From: an uncultured Chromatiales bacterium
GTDB lineage: Bacteria > Bacteroidota > Ignavibacteria > SZUA-365 > CAYQST01
DNA: 62,665 nucleotides
Direction of reading: 5' to 3'
Assembly: GCA_964449305.1 (NCBI GenBank)
Contig: CAYUYM010000002.1
Coordinates: 1-62,665, forward strand
Shown here: positions 38,741 to 47,157 of the stretch, piece by piece
Layout: each line of letters begins with the position of its first letter
Numbering within the stretch: position 1 is the stretch's first letter
Made by a program: the position numbers and the translations under genes
The notes under the pieces: generated by a model
What the model was told of the DNA's origin: nothing
Databases searched by the model: none
The model's input: the letters and a program-made list of their open reading frames with translations, nothing else

Positions 38741-40672
38741 GACCGCCGCCTCCACGAACGCGTCGATCCGCTCCTGTGCCACCTCGAAGCGCACGGCGCC
38801 GGGGCCGTCGCCTCGGCCACGCATGCGCAGGATCGCCTCCAGCGTCTGAAGGAACACATCCACATCCCGCTCGTTGTTCTCAATGCCAAGGCTCGCGCGC
38901 ACAACGCCCATGAAGCGGAACCGGGGGGCGATGTGCTGGATCACCCATTGCAGCCGCTGCACCATGGGCGGGATCCCGAGCATGTGCTTGACAAGGATGT
39001 GTGCGCAGTGGCAGCCGTAGCGGACACCGATACCGCCGTGGGCGGCAAGCTCCCGGGCGATGCTGCGAGGCATCCTGCCCTTCACATCGAAGGCGATCAC
39101 CCCCACCTTGCGCGCGTACAGCGGGGAGTCCGGATCCGCGATGCCGAACACCCGCACACCGGAGATCTGCGAGAGGCCTCGCAGCATCCGCGTGGTCAGC
39201 GCCCGTTCACTGTCGCGGATCACCTCCATGCCGATGCGCTGGAGCAGCGCCAGCGCGCGTCCAAGCGCGGCGATGCCTGCAGCGTTTTCCGTGCCGGATG
39301 CGTGGATCGCGTCCATCTCAGCGGCACCGTACTTCAACAGCCCCGAACGCACCACGAGGGCACCGGAGCCGAACGGGGCGTAGACTTTGTGCGCGGAGAA
39401 GGCGAGGGCATCGATGCCATCGCGGCGCATGTCCACACGGCCATGGGCCACAAGCTGGGCGCCATCCACCATGATGAGTGCCCCATGGCGGTGGGCCAGG
39501 GCTGCTGCTGCGGCGACGTCGTTGCAGCTTCCGAGCACGTTGGACGCGCCGCTCATGGTGACGAGCACGATGCGCTTTCTGCCGAACCGGTGTTCCACAT
39601 TGTGCTCACGCAGCACGGTCTCCATCGCAGCCAGATCCACGAAGCCGTCGGAATCCACCCCCAGGCGGATGATGGAATGCCCGGGCAGGAGGCGCCATGG
39701 CAGGTCGTTCGACGAGTGCTCCAGGAGGGTGGTGAGGATCACCGGCTCGGCATCCGGCTGGACGGTGCGCCCGATGCTGCCTGCCATGAGGGTGACCGCC
39801 TCGGTGGTGTTCATCGTGAAGAGCACATCGTACTGCCCGGCCGGGGCGCCCAGCATGTCGGCACAGATCGCCGAGGCATTGCGCACCACGGCATGGCGCG
39901 CCTCATCCGGCAGACGCAGCGTCTCCCGGAATGCGTCCCACACCGGGGCGAAAGTGCGCGTGCTGGCGCTGTTGTCGAGGTTGATGGCACGCGCCTCACC
40001 GGAGGACGTGGGGACGCGCAGGTCGCCGCCGATGAGCGAGTCGCGCAGCCGCTGCCGCAGGGCGTCGCCTGCGTCCGGCTCCAAAACGCCGAAATGATGG
40101 AGATCGGGAGGCGACGCATGCCCGTCCGACGCATGGGGGAGGGCCGTCACTTCATGGCGCCGCAGCAGTTGGAGCGCGCGGGCGAAGGCGATGACGTTGA
40201 TGATGGCCGGCGTGCCTGCCTCGAAACGGTCGGGGGCATCGGCCCAGATCACCCAGTCCGGTGCCATGAGCTTGGTGGTGCCCCCGCCCGCCTGTGATGG
40301 AACGCCCGTGGGCAGCGCCGTCCGCAGCACCACGAGCGCATGCACGCCGAGGGCGAGACCGATGTCGGCGCTCGAAAGGTGGATCACCTGGCCCGGTGCG
40401 ATCACCGCTTCCAGCGCGTCCGCACCACGCCTGGAGCAGAAGAGCACAACGTGGTGCCTTCCATCGAGGCCCAGGTGACGGAGGACGATGTCTCGCGCGT
40501 GTTCGTAGAGGCGTGTCGAAACAAGGGAATTGTGTCCGCTGCCGCGATGGACATTGCAGTAGGTGCGCAGCGCCGTGTGGATGCTCTGCTCGAGGGCCCG
40601 GACGATGTCCATGTCCCGCGCAGTGGTGTCCGTGATGGAGGGGAGGGGTGCTGTCTGATGCGGATCGTTCAT
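38723..40672 (-). CDS. Class V aminotransferase-fold (SufS-like cysteine desulfurase) with a partially duplicated N-terminal domain
   Basis: C-terminal part: LDNSAST, NTTEA, EHSSNDLPW, DGAQ, SAHK (PLP Lys), GCHCA, VRASLG. The N-terminal ~200 aa carry NVHRG and GGGT...RFEAGTP. Confidence 0.85.
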   Translation of the reverse strand: MNDPHQTAPLPSITDTTARDMDIVRALEQSIHTALRTYCNVHRGSGHNSLVSTRLYEHARDIVLRHLGLDGRHHVVLFCSRRGADALEAVIAPGQVIHLSSADIGLALGVHALVVLRTALPTGVPSQAGGGTTKLMAPDWVIWADAPDRFEAGTPAIINVIAFARALQLLRRHEVTALPHASDGHASPPDLHHFGVLEPDAGDALRQRLRDSLIGGDLRVPTSSGEARAINLDNSASTRTFAPVWDAFRETLRLPDEARHAVVRNASAICADMLGAPAGQYDVLFTMNTTEAVTLMAGSIGRTVQPDAEPVILTTLLEHSSNDLPWRLLPGHSIIRLGVDSDGFVDLAAMETVLREHNVEHRFGRKRIVLVTMSGASNVLGSCNDVAAAAALAHRHGALIMVDGAQLVAHGRVDMRRDGIDALAFSAHKVYAPFGSGALVVRSGLLKYGAAEMDAIHASGTENAAGIAALGRALALLQRIGMEVIRDSERALTTRMLRGLSQISGVRVFGIADPDSPLYARKVGVIAFDVKGRMPRSIARELAAHGGIGVRYGCHCAHILVKHMLGIPPMVQRLQWVIQHIAPRFRFMGVVRASLGIENNERDVDVFLQTLEAILRMRGRGDGPGAVRFEVAQERIDAFVEAAVLRVYS

Positions 40673-41184
40673 GCTGCGTTCGATCTCCGAGGTTCGTGAA
40701 TGCCGTTGCCGATGTCAATGAGCCTGTTCAACGTCATCCCGCGCCCGATGTTTCACCCCGTGGCATGTTCGGAGAAACCCGGGATGGTGCAACGTCCGCG
40801 TCACGCGATGAAAGGCGGCGGCGATGGCAGGGATGCATGAGCGGGGTCCTGCCACAACCCGGTGACGTGCGACGATGCATGTCGGCGCGGAGCCGTATAC
40901 ATCACCATGGGCGCTCCGGAACCGAGCCCACCGCGCGTCGATCATCCTCCAATGTTGTGACAGTACGCAGCATCACGGTGCGGGAGAGCCTCCCAGTACG
41001 TGCATGGCAACGCAGGCATGGCGAACACGTGCGTGAATGCGTCGCATATGTCAGGCATTCGGATGTACATTTGGAAAGGCCGGTTGCGGCATGAACATCA
41101 TCGTGAGCATCACCATGAAACCGGGGCTCATTCCACCAAATCCCAGGTTGACCGTGAGGCGTTTCATCGAGAAAGCATCTATCG

Positions 41185-41258
41185 TGGGCCCTGCCGGACT
41201 TGAACCAGCGACCAATGGATTATGAGTCCACCGCTCTGACCAACTGAGCTAAGGGCCC
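41185..41258 (-). tRNA. tRNA-Ile2 (anticodon CAU, lysidine-modified type); CCA not encoded
   Basis: The reverse complement GGGCCCTTAGCTCAGTTGGTCAGAGCGGTGGACTCATAATCCATTGGTCGCTGGTTCAAGTCCGGCAGGGCCCA folds into a cloverleaf. The CTCATAA loop and overall sequence resemble the E. coli ileX type rather than initiator or elongator Met. Confidence 0.9.
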
Positions 41259-41467
41259 GCAAGCGGATCACCAAGATACGCCCGACAGGGCGGAAAATCA
41301 ATGGCGTGACTCTCCAGATGCCATCTCCACCTCTCCGCTTCGATTCCGCCCTCAGGATGATGCCCCCGCGGCCTGGAACTCGAATGCCGTGGAATGCCGT
41401 TTCCCATGGTGGCTGCCGTGCAGCCGGGGGACACCTCCCAACAGTTCACTTCATCACAGGAGCACAC

Positions 41468-41683
41468 ATGTCGACCAAAATCTCCATCCTCAACAACGGC
41501 CCGCTCATTGTCGAGGGCCAGGTCTCTCTCGCTGATGGTGCCGGCAAGGAATTCGGGCTGGCCGGCCGTGAAAAGATCTTCCTCTGCCGCTGCGGCCACT
41601 CCACGAAGAAGCCGTTCTGCGATGGCGCCCACAAAGCCAAGGGCTTCGAGGACGCCTGCCAGGCCTACGACATCAACGCCTGA
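41468..41683 (+). CDS. CDGSH iron-sulfur domain protein
   Basis: NGPL.V.G, FLCRCGHSTKKPFCDGAH. AGGAG RBS. Confidence 0.92.
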   Translation: MSTKISILNNGPLIVEGQVSLADGAGKEFGLAGREKIFLCRCGHSTKKPFCDGAHKAKGFEDACQAYDINA

Positions 41684-41705
41684 TCCACGGGACCGCCTTC
41701 AATGG

Positions 41706-41746
41706 CGACGCCGTCGGTGCGGATTGTGACCGCGCCGACGGCGTCG
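41706..41746. terminator. Long GC-rich hairpin between convergent CDGSH and ridA genes
   Basis: CGACGCCGTCGGTGCGG-ATTGTGA-CCGCGCCGACGGCGTCG, a 17-bp stem with one G:U pair and no U-tract. Confidence 0.55.
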
Positions 41747-41768
41747 TGCATTGGGTGCCTGCGCCGTG

Positions 41769-42158
41769 TCAGCCTTTAACGGCGATGCAGGCGATCTCGA
41801 CAAGGCCGTCCTTCGGCAGGCGGGCCACTTCCACCGCCGCGCGGCTGGGGGGATCGGCGGTGAAGTATCCCGCATAGATCGCGTTCATGGCAGCGAAGTC
41901 GTTCATGTCCTTGAGATACACCGTGCAGGCCACCACGTCTCCAAACGTGCAACCCGCTGCGTCGAGAATGGCGGCGAGGTTCTTCAGGGCACGGTCGGTC
42001 TGTTCCTGCACACCACCCTCCACAAAGCTGCCGGTGGCGGGGTCGAGCCCGAGCTGACCGGAGACAAAGACCATGTTTCCCGCGATGTTGGCCTGGCTGT
42101 AGGGACCGAGCGCGGCGGGAGCGGATGCGGTTGCGACGATTTCACGATGATGCGACAT
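41769..42158 (-). CDS. ridA: RidA/YjgF enamine-imine deaminase
   Basis: APAALGPYSQA, FVSGQL, YLKDMNDFAAMN, PSRAAVEVARLP...VEI with the catalytic Arg retained. Confidence 0.95.
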   Translation of the reverse strand: MSHHREIVATASAPAALGPYSQANIAGNMVFVSGQLGLDPATGSFVEGGVQEQTDRALKNLAAILDAAGCTFGDVVACTVYLKDMNDFAAMNAIYAGYFTADPPSRAAVEVARLPKDGLVEIACIAVKG

Positions 42159-42327
42159 GGGGGACTCCTGTGTTGTTCGATGCGGTGGACAGCGCTCGTG
42201 GCTGCATGTCCGCAAGTTTTCACTTTTCGACCGATCATGCAACACACATGGCTTGCAGGTCACAACCCCGGCATCGTAACTTGTCAGCCCTGCCCGTCCA
42301 CCCTTTCATCCGAAAATCCGTCCCCCC

Positions 42328-43023
42328 ATGATCCAACTCACTGCCGAAGAAGTCCGCGTCGCGGGTGCGCTCATCGAGAAAAGCCAGGCGACACCGGAAT
42401 ACTACCCGATGACGGTCAATGCCCTCATCTCCGCCTGCAACCAGAAATCCAGCCGCGATCCCGTCGTCTCCTACAGCGATGACACGGTGGAGTACGTCCT
42501 CGAATCACTGCGCGACAAGGGTCTCTCGGCGATGGTGTCGGGCACGGGGCGCGTCGTCCGGCACACGCACCGCTTCGGCAACACGGGGCTCGGACTCACG
42601 CCTGCGCAGTGCGCCGCGCTCTCGCTCGTCATGCTCCGCGGCCCACAGACGGCCTCGGAGATCCGGACAAAGACGGAGCGCCAGTTCCGCTTCCCCAGCC
42701 TCGAGTTCACCCAGGAGGTCATCGCCGGCCTCACCGGCGGCGAGGATCCCTTCCTGGAGGAGGCGCCGCGCCGGCCCGGGCAGAAGGAGGCCCGCTTCCG
42801 CCACCGCTTCCATCCGCATGCCGACGAGGCGCCGCTGCAGGTCGCCGTCGTCGCCACGCCGTCCATCCTCGACGAGGTCACCGCACTGCGCGGCCGCATC
42901 GAACGCATCGAACGCTTCCTGCACGAACTCGGCTTCGCGGCACCATCCGACGCGGGCGGCGATGCCGGCATGGACGCAACGCCACCGCCCGCGGACGATG
43001 CGGGTGGGGAAGAGGAGATGTAG
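42328..43023 (+). CDS. yceH: YceH/DUF480 family protein
   Basis: RVAGALIEK..ATPEYYPMT.NAL..ACNQKSSRDPV, LRGPQT..EI..., RRPGQKEARF.H. Confidence 0.92.
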   Translation: MIQLTAEEVRVAGALIEKSQATPEYYPMTVNALISACNQKSSRDPVVSYSDDTVEYVLESLRDKGLSAMVSGTGRVVRHTHRFGNTGLGLTPAQCAALSLVMLRGPQTASEIRTKTERQFRFPSLEFTQEVIAGLTGGEDPFLEEAPRRPGQKEARFRHRFHPHADEAPLQVAVVATPSILDEVTALRGRIERIERFLHELGFAAPSDAGGDAGMDATPPPADDAGGEEEM

Positions 43024-43045
43024 GAGGGAAATCGGTCCGTCGGGA

Positions 43046-43780
43046 TCAGCCTTCGGCGCGTACACCCAGCAGCGCGTCGGCGGGCATCCGCTCATAGGCG
43101 ATGGGATCATCGTGTCCCGCGCGGCGGAAGCCGCGGAGACGCAGCACACAGGATTCACACACACCGCAGGCGCTGTCCTCATTCTTGTAACAGCTCCACG
43201 TGAGCTGCAGGGGCGCGCCGATCTCCAGCCCCGTGCGGACGATCTCCGCCTTCGACATGGCTATCAGCGGCGTGTGAATCACCAGGGGATGTTCATACTT
43301 CGTGCCGGTCTCGATCACCCGTTGATACGCATCATAGAAACTCTTCCGGCAGTCGGGGTAGCCGGAGGAATCCTCCTCCACCGCGCCGATGTACACCGCT
43401 TCAGCGCCCAGCACCTCGGCCCAGCTCACCGCAATGCCGAGCATGTTGCCATTGCGGAAGGGGACGTAGGTGTTCGGAATGCCCTGCGGCCCCGTGCCGG
43501 CATCGGCGATTGCAAGATGCGTGTCGACGAGACTCGAGCCGCCGATGCGGGCCAGATGCTCGATGGAGACCACCATCCGCAGCGCGGGGGCCACGCGGTA
43601 GTGATCCGCGATCTCGTTGAAGGCCCGCAGTTCGCGTGCCTGCGTCCGCTGCCCGTAGTTGATGTGCAGTGCCGCCAGTGTGAAATCCCGGTCCGCCAGC
43701 CCGGCGCACACGCAGGAATCCATCCCGCCGCTGATCAGCACAACGGCGAGCGGTTTTTCGGACGTGGACATGGTGCTCAT
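43046..43780 (-). CDS. queC: 7-cyano-7-deazaguanine synthase
   Basis: SGGMDS, YGQR, TYVPFRN, YPDCR, TPL...K, TWSCY, CGVCESC..R. Confidence 0.96.
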   Translation of the reverse strand: MSTMSTSEKPLAVVLISGGMDSCVCAGLADRDFTLAALHINYGQRTQARELRAFNEIADHYRVAPALRMVVSIEHLARIGGSSLVDTHLAIADAGTGPQGIPNTYVPFRNGNMLGIAVSWAEVLGAEAVYIGAVEEDSSGYPDCRKSFYDAYQRVIETGTKYEHPLVIHTPLIAMSKAEIVRTGLEIGAPLQLTWSCYKNEDSACGVCESCVLRLRGFRRAGHDDPIAYERMPADALLGVRAEG

Positions 43781-44121
43781 TCGGGCTTCGTGTATTCCAC
43801 CTCGATGATGGAATGAATGCCGCCGCGTGTGTTGAAGCGCCCACTCACCTTCATGTACCTCGGCTGGCAGACACCCACGAGGTCGTCGAGGATCTCGTTG
43901 ACAGCCGTCTCGAAGTAGATGCCCTTGTTGCGGAAGTCAAGATAGTAGTACTTCAGCGACTTCAGCTCGATGCACAGCGCGTCGGGAATGTAGTGGACGG
44001 TGATCGTCGCGAAGTCCGGCAACCCGGTCATCGGACAGACGGAGGTGAACTCCGGATTCACGTGCGTGATCTCGTAGTTGCGCCGGGGGTATTTGTTCTC
44101 AAAGACGTCGATGGTGGCCAC
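43777..44121 (-). CDS. queF: PreQ1 synthase (NADPH-dependent nitrile reductase, unimodular type)
   Basis: EFTSVCPMTGLPDFA, ELKSLKYY, FNTRGGI. Confidence 0.95.
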   Translation of the reverse strand: MATIDVFENKYPRRNYEITHVNPEFTSVCPMTGLPDFATITVHYIPDALCIELKSLKYYYLDFRNKGIYFETAVNEILDDLVGVCQPRYMKVSGRFNTRGGIHSIIEVEYTKPE

Positions 44122-44247
44122 GGGGGTCCTTCAATTGTGAAACACTGCGGCAATAGTACGACCTGTCCCGTGCACGACGCAAGGCACAGGGTTCGATGAC
44201 TGTGGGTGAACCGAAGCGGGTGATGGGGGCGATGCGTCCTGCCGGTG

Positions 44248-44904
44248 TCACACGCCGCGGGCGTCCGGATCCCAGATGAACTTGTGCATCTGAAGCTGCA
44301 TGCGTACAGGAAGTCCGTCGCGGAGGATCCACGCCGCCAGGCCCCGTGCCTGGAGCGAGCCGAACACGGGGGACAGGATGATCTCGTCGCAGTGGCTCCC
44401 AAGGTTGTGGTCCATGATGAAGGACCGCGCCCACAGGTAGTCCGCCTCATCGGCGAGGACGAACTTCACCTCGTCTCCCCGTTTGAGGTGATCGATGTTG
44501 GCCAGCCTGTTGCGCTTCATCATGCCGGAACCGGGGCATTTCACATCCATGATGACGACGACGCGCGGATCGACCGCGGAGATGTCGACGTGCCCGCCCG
44601 TCTCGACGGCAACCGTGCAACCCTGATCGCAGAGAGCGGTGAGCAGCACGAATGCCGCCGGCTGCTCCAGCGGTTCCCCGCCCGTCAGCTCCACGAAGCG
44701 GCATGGGGCATGCATCGCCACCTCGGCGAGCACCGCGTCGATGGTCATCGATCGGACCATTTCACGATGGTCGAGCGCATAGGGCGTGTCGCACCAGGTG
44801 CAGCGCAGACCGCAGCCCTGAAGCCGCACAAACACGCACGGAAGCCCGGCGCGTGAGCCCTCGCCCTGGATGCTGAGGAAGATTTCGTTGATGGAGATGG
44901 TCAT
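44248..44904 (-). CDS. queE: 7-carboxy-7-deazaguanine synthase (radical SAM)
   Basis: EIFLSIQGEG, VRLQGCGLRCTWCDT, LTGGEPL, ETGG, QLQMHKFIW. Confidence 0.95.
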   Translation of the reverse strand: MTISINEIFLSIQGEGSRAGLPCVFVRLQGCGLRCTWCDTPYALDHREMVRSMTIDAVLAEVAMHAPCRFVELTGGEPLEQPAAFVLLTALCDQGCTVAVETGGHVDISAVDPRVVVIMDVKCPGSGMMKRNRLANIDHLKRGDEVKFVLADEADYLWARSFIMDHNLGSHCDEIILSPVFGSLQARGLAAWILRDGLPVRMQLQMHKFIWDPDARGV

Positions 44905-44982
44905 GGGTATCGCTCCGTGGCTCGACAATCGTGCGGAATTTACTATTTTCTCCTCATGTTGTTCCATCGTCGCCCATGCCCC

Positions 44983-45591
44983 ATGCTTCGTTTCCACACC
45001 CTGCGCGCACTTCCCCTCATCCTCGGCGCAATCCTCTGCCTGTCCGGGTGTTCAGGCGACCGGTCATCGGACCTCGGGGAATTTCTCACCGGGTATCTGA
45101 AGGCGCATCCGAAGGCCGATGTACAGGACGTCTACAAACTGCTTTTTCAGGGCGTCTTTGGTGTCGGGCACATCATCACTTCACAGCAGGAGGCCGCGCA
45201 GTTTCTCGCCAGGGAGATGGCCTCCATGCCAGCGAGGTCGGGCGAGCCCATGACGGAACCATGTCGACCCGACGGAGGCATGCTCCGCGTGAACCTGCGG
45301 CCCTTTCGCGATGCAGCAATGAACACGGATGACCTCATCGCCGCCATGATGGAAACGGCGGCCTCGGTGAAGGCTGCGCCGGAGGAATTCGCCTCCCTGT
45401 GGAGTGCTGTGGGTGACCTCATCGAGGATGGTGTGCTTCCCCTTGACCTCGATGAATACAACGCCCTTACTGACGATCTGCTGGAACAGAACTGGCCGGC
45501 CGTGCATCATTCCGATGACTACTCCCACGCGTATGCACCCGCCTACCGGGTTGTGAGCCGCGAGGCGTGGGAGCGGCACTTCGCGAAGTGA
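44983..45591 (+). CDS. Hypothetical lipoprotein
   Basis: Lipobox LSGC. HPKADVQDVYKLLFQ..GVGH, LRVNLRPF, HHSDDYSHAYAPAYRVV. Codon usage is gene-like. Confidence 0.6.
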   Translation: MLRFHTLRALPLILGAILCLSGCSGDRSSDLGEFLTGYLKAHPKADVQDVYKLLFQGVFGVGHIITSQQEAAQFLAREMASMPARSGEPMTEPCRPDGGMLRVNLRPFRDAAMNTDDLIAAMMETAASVKAAPEEFASLWSAVGDLIEDGVLPLDLDEYNALTDDLLEQNWPAVHHSDDYSHAYAPAYRVVSREAWERHFAK

Positions 45592-45595
45592 TGCG

Positions 45596-46423
45596 TCAGT
45601 AGCGCCCGCCCCGCTCCACGCAGGGGTCTTTCGGTTGCACGATGTCACAGTTGAGAAGTTCCTGATGGACACGCCGCCGTTGCAGCGTGAAGGGCAGGCG
45701 CCCGCCGAGCAGGGCGAACAGCAGGCTCGATCCGTCTCCCATCACCAATCCGAGCGGTCTGCACAGCCAGAAGCTCGCGTTCTCCTTGATGATGGTGGGG
45801 TTCAGCAGATCCTGCGGGTTCTGGAGGTTGGGGAAGCGCGCATCGATGGTGACGAGGATGCGTGCGCAGTTCTTGAACGTGCGTGTGTCCGTCGTCACCG
45901 TCTCATAGCCGATGAAGGCGGCTTTGACCCTGATGTAGATCGGAAAGAGCGGGATCTGGTTGAACTCGAAGTTGAGGATGCTCCAGGTCGTGCCATAGGT
46001 TTCCTCGAGTGGGAAGGGCACAAGCAGGAGCTCCGACGGGAAGCTCCCGATGCCGGGCAGGTTCGGAAGCAATCCCGCCCGCAGCGCCGGGCTCGTGAAG
46101 TGCACGCCGCGCCCGGATTTCCTGATGTACAGTGTATCGAAGGTGACGTCCACCCCGGCGGAGACCTCGTTGACCTGCACGGCGTAGATCCCTGAATCTC
46201 CCTCCATGGAGCCGATGATGCGCGAGGTCTGCCGCTGGACATCGCGCACCGTCCGCCCGTCGGAGCCTGTCGTATCGATGCGGTAGGTCCAGAACGTGCC
46301 CTTGAGCGTGGGATAATACTGCTGATCCGCGTAGATCGGCTCGCCACCCGACGACACGGGGGACTTGGAACACGAACCGAGGGCCAGCGTCAGGAGGAGT
46401 GCGGGAAGAATGAGCTTGTTCAT
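45596..46423 (-). CDS. Hypothetical lipoprotein
   Basis: MNKL...LGSC lipobox, YYPTLKGTFWTY, beta-rich body. Confidence 0.65.
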   Translation of the reverse strand: MNKLILPALLLTLALGSCSKSPVSSGGEPIYADQQYYPTLKGTFWTYRIDTTGSDGRTVRDVQRQTSRIIGSMEGDSGIYAVQVNEVSAGVDVTFDTLYIRKSGRGVHFTSPALRAGLLPNLPGIGSFPSELLLVPFPLEETYGTTWSILNFEFNQIPLFPIYIRVKAAFIGYETVTTDTRTFKNCARILVTIDARFPNLQNPQDLLNPTIIKENASFWLCRPLGLVMGDGSSLLFALLGGRLPFTLQRRRVHQELLNCDIVQPKDPCVERGGRY

Positions 46424-46474
46424 TGCCGTGCGGGGATTGGTGTGGCGTGCGTGGGGGGATGACGTGACCGGTTG

Positions 46475-47065
46475 TCAGGCGCTGCGAAGATGATCCACGA
46501 AGGCCGTCAATGCACGGGCGCGGTGGCTCACGGCATTCTTCTCCTCGAGTGTCATCTCCGCGAGGGTCTTGCCGGCCTCCGTCACGAGAAACACGGGATC
46601 GTATCCGAACCCGTTTGCACCACGGTTCTGTCGGAGGATGCTCCCTTCAACACTGCCCTCGAAGGTGCGCTCGATGCCGGGGGCCACAAAGGCGATGACG
46701 CAGCGGAAGCGCGCCTGCCTGCGACGCGTCGGCACCTGGGTCATCTCCTTCAGCAGCTTGCGGTTGTTGTCCGCGAAGGAACAGTGCTCGCCGGCGTAGC
46801 GGGCGGAATACACCCCCGGTGCCCCGAGCAGGTAATACACCTCCAGACCGGTGTCGTCGGCGATCGACGGGAGTCCGGAGCAGCGGAAGGCGGCGCGCGC
46901 CTTCTTCAGGGCGTTCTCCTCCAGCGTGAGGCCGTCCTCCACCACCTCGCCGCACTGTGGGAAATCCCCGAGGGTCCGGATCTCGACGTCCATGCCGTCG
47001 AGCATCGAACGGAGTTCGCGGACTTTGTGACTGTTGTTGGTGGCGAGCACGAGCGTCTTCAACAT
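46475..47065 (-). CDS. rdgB: Non-canonical purine NTP pyrophosphatase (RdgB/HAM1)
   Basis: LATNNSHK, ENALKKA, ADDTGL, PGVYSARY, GFGYDPVF, KNAVSHR. Confidence 0.96.
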   Translation of the reverse strand: MLKTLVLATNNSHKVRELRSMLDGMDVEIRTLGDFPQCGEVVEDGLTLEENALKKARAAFRCSGLPSIADDTGLEVYYLLGAPGVYSARYAGEHCSFADNNRKLLKEMTQVPTRRRQARFRCVIAFVAPGIERTFEGSVEGSILRQNRGANGFGYDPVFLVTEAGKTLAEMTLEEKNAVSHRARALTAFVDHLRSA

Positions 47066-47157
47066 GGCGGAATGGTGTCTGGTGGAACAACATCAATGAT
47101 ACGGAATTCGCACGACAACGGCGATGCACTCCCGGAGGATGGACGCCTGCTCTGCAG

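Noticed and set aside
41020-41034. Sigma-54 -24/-12 promoter (TGGCGAACACGTGC)
   Set aside because: The GG-GC spacing is one base short of the invariant spacing. No convincing sigma-54 promoter was found by eye elsewhere.
41185-41258. tRNA-Met call; prophage/ICE integration at the tRNA
   Set aside because: The sequence resembles Ile2-type tRNAs (G1-C72 paired, no GGG/CCC anticodon stem of the initiator). No duplicated 3' end or integrase was seen.
44122-44247. preQ1 riboswitch upstream of queF
   Set aside because: A GGTTC is present, but there is no short P1 stem with the A-rich 3' tail required for class I and no class II/III features I could recognise.
43046-44904. dpd-type DNA modification or anti-phage island
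   Set aside because: No dpdA/tgt paralog, helicases or nucleases are present, and queF is present.
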